The translations under genes were made by a program, and so were the position numbers. Positions 61,961 to 64,000 of a DNA stretch of 64,000 nucleotides are shown in pieces (position 1 is the stretch's first letter; each line of letters opens with the position of its first letter). The stretch lies in the NCBI GenBank assembly GCA_003343905.1, contig QAKI01000016.1, forward strand, positions 48,144 to 112,143. The letters run 5' to 3'. Origin of the DNA: Subdoligranulum variabile. GTDB lineage: Bacteria; Bacillota; Clostridia; Oscillospirales; Ruminococcaceae. The notes under the pieces were generated by a model. It ran no database searches. It saw nothing but the letters and a program-made list of their open reading frames with translations, and had not been told where the DNA came from.

Positions 61961-62158
61961 GAGGAAATCTTCACAAATCAGCGGATTTTATCAAGGCACT
62001 TTTTGGGCAGTATGCCCTTATCCAGATTTTTTTCAGAAGCAGTTCCGTGCAAAACCGCTTTGCGCCGCCGTTTTTTGTTGTATCACCGCCTGCCGCCCCC
62101 GCCGCAAAAGCCCGCACCCATCTGCATATTTTTACCATCATCATTTATAAAAACAAAG

Positions 62159-62205
62159 CGCACGGTCCCGCCCTTTCCCGTTTGGGAAAAGGGGGGACCG
62201 TGCGC
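62159..62205 (-). terminator. Terminator of the MYG1/GIY-YIG-GNAT unit
   Basis: gcgcacggtccc...gggaccgtgcgc with a T-rich tail on the minus strand. Confidence 0.7.
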
Positions 62206-62212
62206 ATCCTGT

Positions 62213-63112
62213 TCAAAGTTCTTCCGCCTGCCGCAAAACGGCTTCCACCTCGGCCTGCGGCAGCCGCAGGCGCACCGGGGCGGGCGGGTCGGCGGGCGGG
62301 TTGAGGGGCAGCGCCCAATAGCCCAGGTCCAGCCAGCGGCCGAACTTGTAGCCGCTGTTCTTTTCGACCCCGTAGCGGGTGAAGCCCAGCGCCCGGTGGA
62401 ACGCGTCGCTCTGGGGGTTGGGCCGCGTGATGAGCGCAAAGGCGTTCACATACCCCTGCCGCCGCAGCAGTTCCAGCAGGGCCGTGTACAGCCTGCGCCC
62501 CGCGCCCTGCCCCAGCAGGTCCGGCGCGCAGTAGACGGTCGTTTCCACATCCCAGGCAAAGGCCCGCCGGGTATGCCAGGGGTGGGCGCAGGCGTAGCCC
62601 GCCAGCCGCCCGTCCGCCGTGTACGCCACCAGGAAGGGGGCGTTTTCCAGCACGTCGGCAATGTTGCGGCGGTATTCCTCGACGGTCGAAGGTTCATACT
62701 GGAAGGTCTGGGTTCCGTGGGTCACATACCAGTTGTACAGTTCCGTGACTGCCGGGGCGTCCTCCGGCGTAGCCATGCGCAGCGTCAGGCGGCTGCGGGC
62801 GGCCCAGTCCGCCGCCAAGGCCTCTTTCTGCGCTTTGGGCAGCTTTTTCAGCGCGGCTTCCCGCCGCAGGGCCGCCGGTTTGTCGGCGCAGCGTTCGGCG
62901 TAGGCCAGCCGCACGGCGTCCCTGCCATGGCTTTTGGTGTACTTGGCGCCGCCCGCCCCGGTGCGGTGGGCCTTCAGGCGGCGGGCCAGGTCGTTGGTCC
63001 AGCCCGCGTACAGGCTGCCGTCGGCACAGCGCAGCAGGTAGACCCAGGCCGGGGCGTTGGGCAGGCGGTCGGCGGCCAGACTGGGGGCAGGCCCCAGAAC
63101 GGGGCCGCTCAT
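62213..63112 (-). CDS. GIY-YIG nuclease (YazA/UPF0213-like) fused to a Pat/YncA-like GNAT acetyltransferase
   Basis: N-terminal VYLLRCADGSLYAGWTNDL.RR...H..G.GAKYT, ALRREA.LK; C-terminal YNWYV....TF, ETTVY, GQGAGRRLY, N..S..FH..LGF, GYKFGRWLD. Confidence 0.9.
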   Translation of the reverse strand: MSGPVLGPAPSLAADRLPNAPAWVYLLRCADGSLYAGWTNDLARRLKAHRTGAGGAKYTKSHGRDAVRLAYAERCADKPAALRREAALKKLPKAQKEALAADWAARSRLTLRMATPEDAPAVTELYNWYVTHGTQTFQYEPSTVEEYRRNIADVLENAPFLVAYTADGRLAGYACAHPWHTRRAFAWDVETTVYCAPDLLGQGAGRRLYTALLELLRRQGYVNAFALITRPNPQSDAFHRALGFTRYGVEKNSGYKFGRWLDLGYWALPLNPPADPPAPVRLRLPQAEVEAVLRQAEEL

Positions 63113-63942
63113 TCGCTGACCGGGCGGCCCGCCGCCCGCAGGGTGCGGCGGCAGGCTTCAATGGCGGTGGCCTTATCGTCCGCCGTGATCAGGAAGCGGC
63201 TGGGGTGGCAGAACCGCAGCCCCAGCCCGCTGACCCGGCGCAGTTCTTCCTCCGGCTTGCCGGCCCACGCAGGCGGGAACGGCAGTTTGCTGCGCTTGGT
63301 GCGGTGGTCGTTGACGCACTGGGCGCTGTAGCCGCCCCGCTGGCTGGGGTAGACCACGAACAGCGCGTCGGTCTTATACAGGCCGTTCTTCCAGGGCATA
63401 TAGGCGGGCAGCACCACGATGCCGTCCCGCATATTGGCATACGCGCGGCGCACCGTCTCGTCGGCGCGGTTGACGGCGTTGGCGGCCGCGATCTCGTTTT
63501 CCAGAATGGTCTTTGCCACCGGCACGGCGCGCCAGAAACATTCGTCGGGGTCGTCCTTCGAGTCCCACAGCGGGTTGAAGCTGCCGATGGCGTCGGCCAG
63601 GGAGTTCTGTTCCCCGGTATTATCGTTGAGGTCCAGAGGCTGGATAAAGTTTTCATCCATCAGGCGGGCCTGATGTTCGCCCACCAACTGGGCGCCCAGC
63701 ACCCGCCACAGCAGCCCGAACGCCGCGTAGGGCACGCCGTTGGGGCGGGTCTCGCGCGGTTCGGAATGATGGTCGAACAGGCCGCCGCCCACGTCGTAGA
63801 CGATGCCCTCAAAGTCGTCGGGCACCACAAAGCCGCGGGTGATCTTGATGTCGGGCCGCACGATCTGCAAAAGCGCGGTGGAAAAAACATCGTCGGCATG
63901 GAATTTGCCGCCGTGGGTAAAGCCGTTTGCGGGTATCTTCAT
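63109..63942 (-). CDS. MYG1 family (DHH-type) hydrolase/exonuclease
   Basis: THGGKFHADDV, YDVGGG.FDHH, YAAFGLLW, D.NDN, FCHPS.F; extended -10 TGCTATAAT near 63976-63984. Confidence 0.92.
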   Translation of the reverse strand: MKIPANGFTHGGKFHADDVFSTALLQIVRPDIKITRGFVVPDDFEGIVYDVGGGLFDHHSEPRETRPNGVPYAAFGLLWRVLGAQLVGEHQARLMDENFIQPLDLNDNTGEQNSLADAIGSFNPLWDSKDDPDECFWRAVPVAKTILENEIAAANAVNRADETVRRAYANMRDGIVVLPAYMPWKNGLYKTDALFVVYPSQRGGYSAQCVNDHRTKRSKLPFPPAWAGKPEEELRRVSGLGLRFCHPSRFLITADDKATAIEACRRTLRAAGRPVSE

Positions 63943-64000
63943 AGGTGTCTGTTCTCCTGCTGTCTTTTTTGTTTTATTATAGCACATCTTCCCCGTGCCT

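Noticed and set aside
62800..63112. GIY-YIG homing endonuclease of an intron or mobile element
   Set aside because: It is the short YazA/UPF0213-type domain fused to a GNAT, with no interrupted host gene or intron structure.

Overview
A GC-rich, gene-dense chromosomal window. Gene content and repeat types suggest a gut Clostridia/Oscillospiraceae (Subdoligranulum/Gemmiger-like) genome; this is inference. Housekeeping content: an M56 peptidase-ABC exporter cluster, DegV, tRNA-Asn, an AGCS amino-acid symporter, a glpK/oxidoreductase glycerol cluster, rubredoxin-desulfoferrodoxin, gdhA, two two-component systems, a GH3 glucosidase, CcdA/TlpA, a GT4-DedA-GT4 glycolipid cluster, the F1Fo ATP synthase operon, an ECF sigma/anti-sigma unit, a CUT1-type ABC importer and argGH-CJBD. 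No transposase, integrase, phage gene or CRISPR-Cas was seen. Most notable observations: (1) a 190-250 bp non-coding element present twice (inside the atp operon and at 48.2 kb), with compensatory stem changes and strand-specific G-U pairing; (2) an ATP synthase with an in-frame delta-alpha fusion and a subunit a whose N-terminal module is duplicated; (3) tandem lipoprotein paralogs with near-identical DNA ends and divergent cores, one of them frameshifted; (4) a TetM/EF-G-like GTPase fused to a YacP/Rae1-like NYN nuclease; (5) MYG1 coupled to a GIY-YIG-GNAT fusion; (6) a 95-bp tandem repeat and REP-like palindromes in intergenic spaces. All family calls come from recognising motifs by eye; no database search was run.
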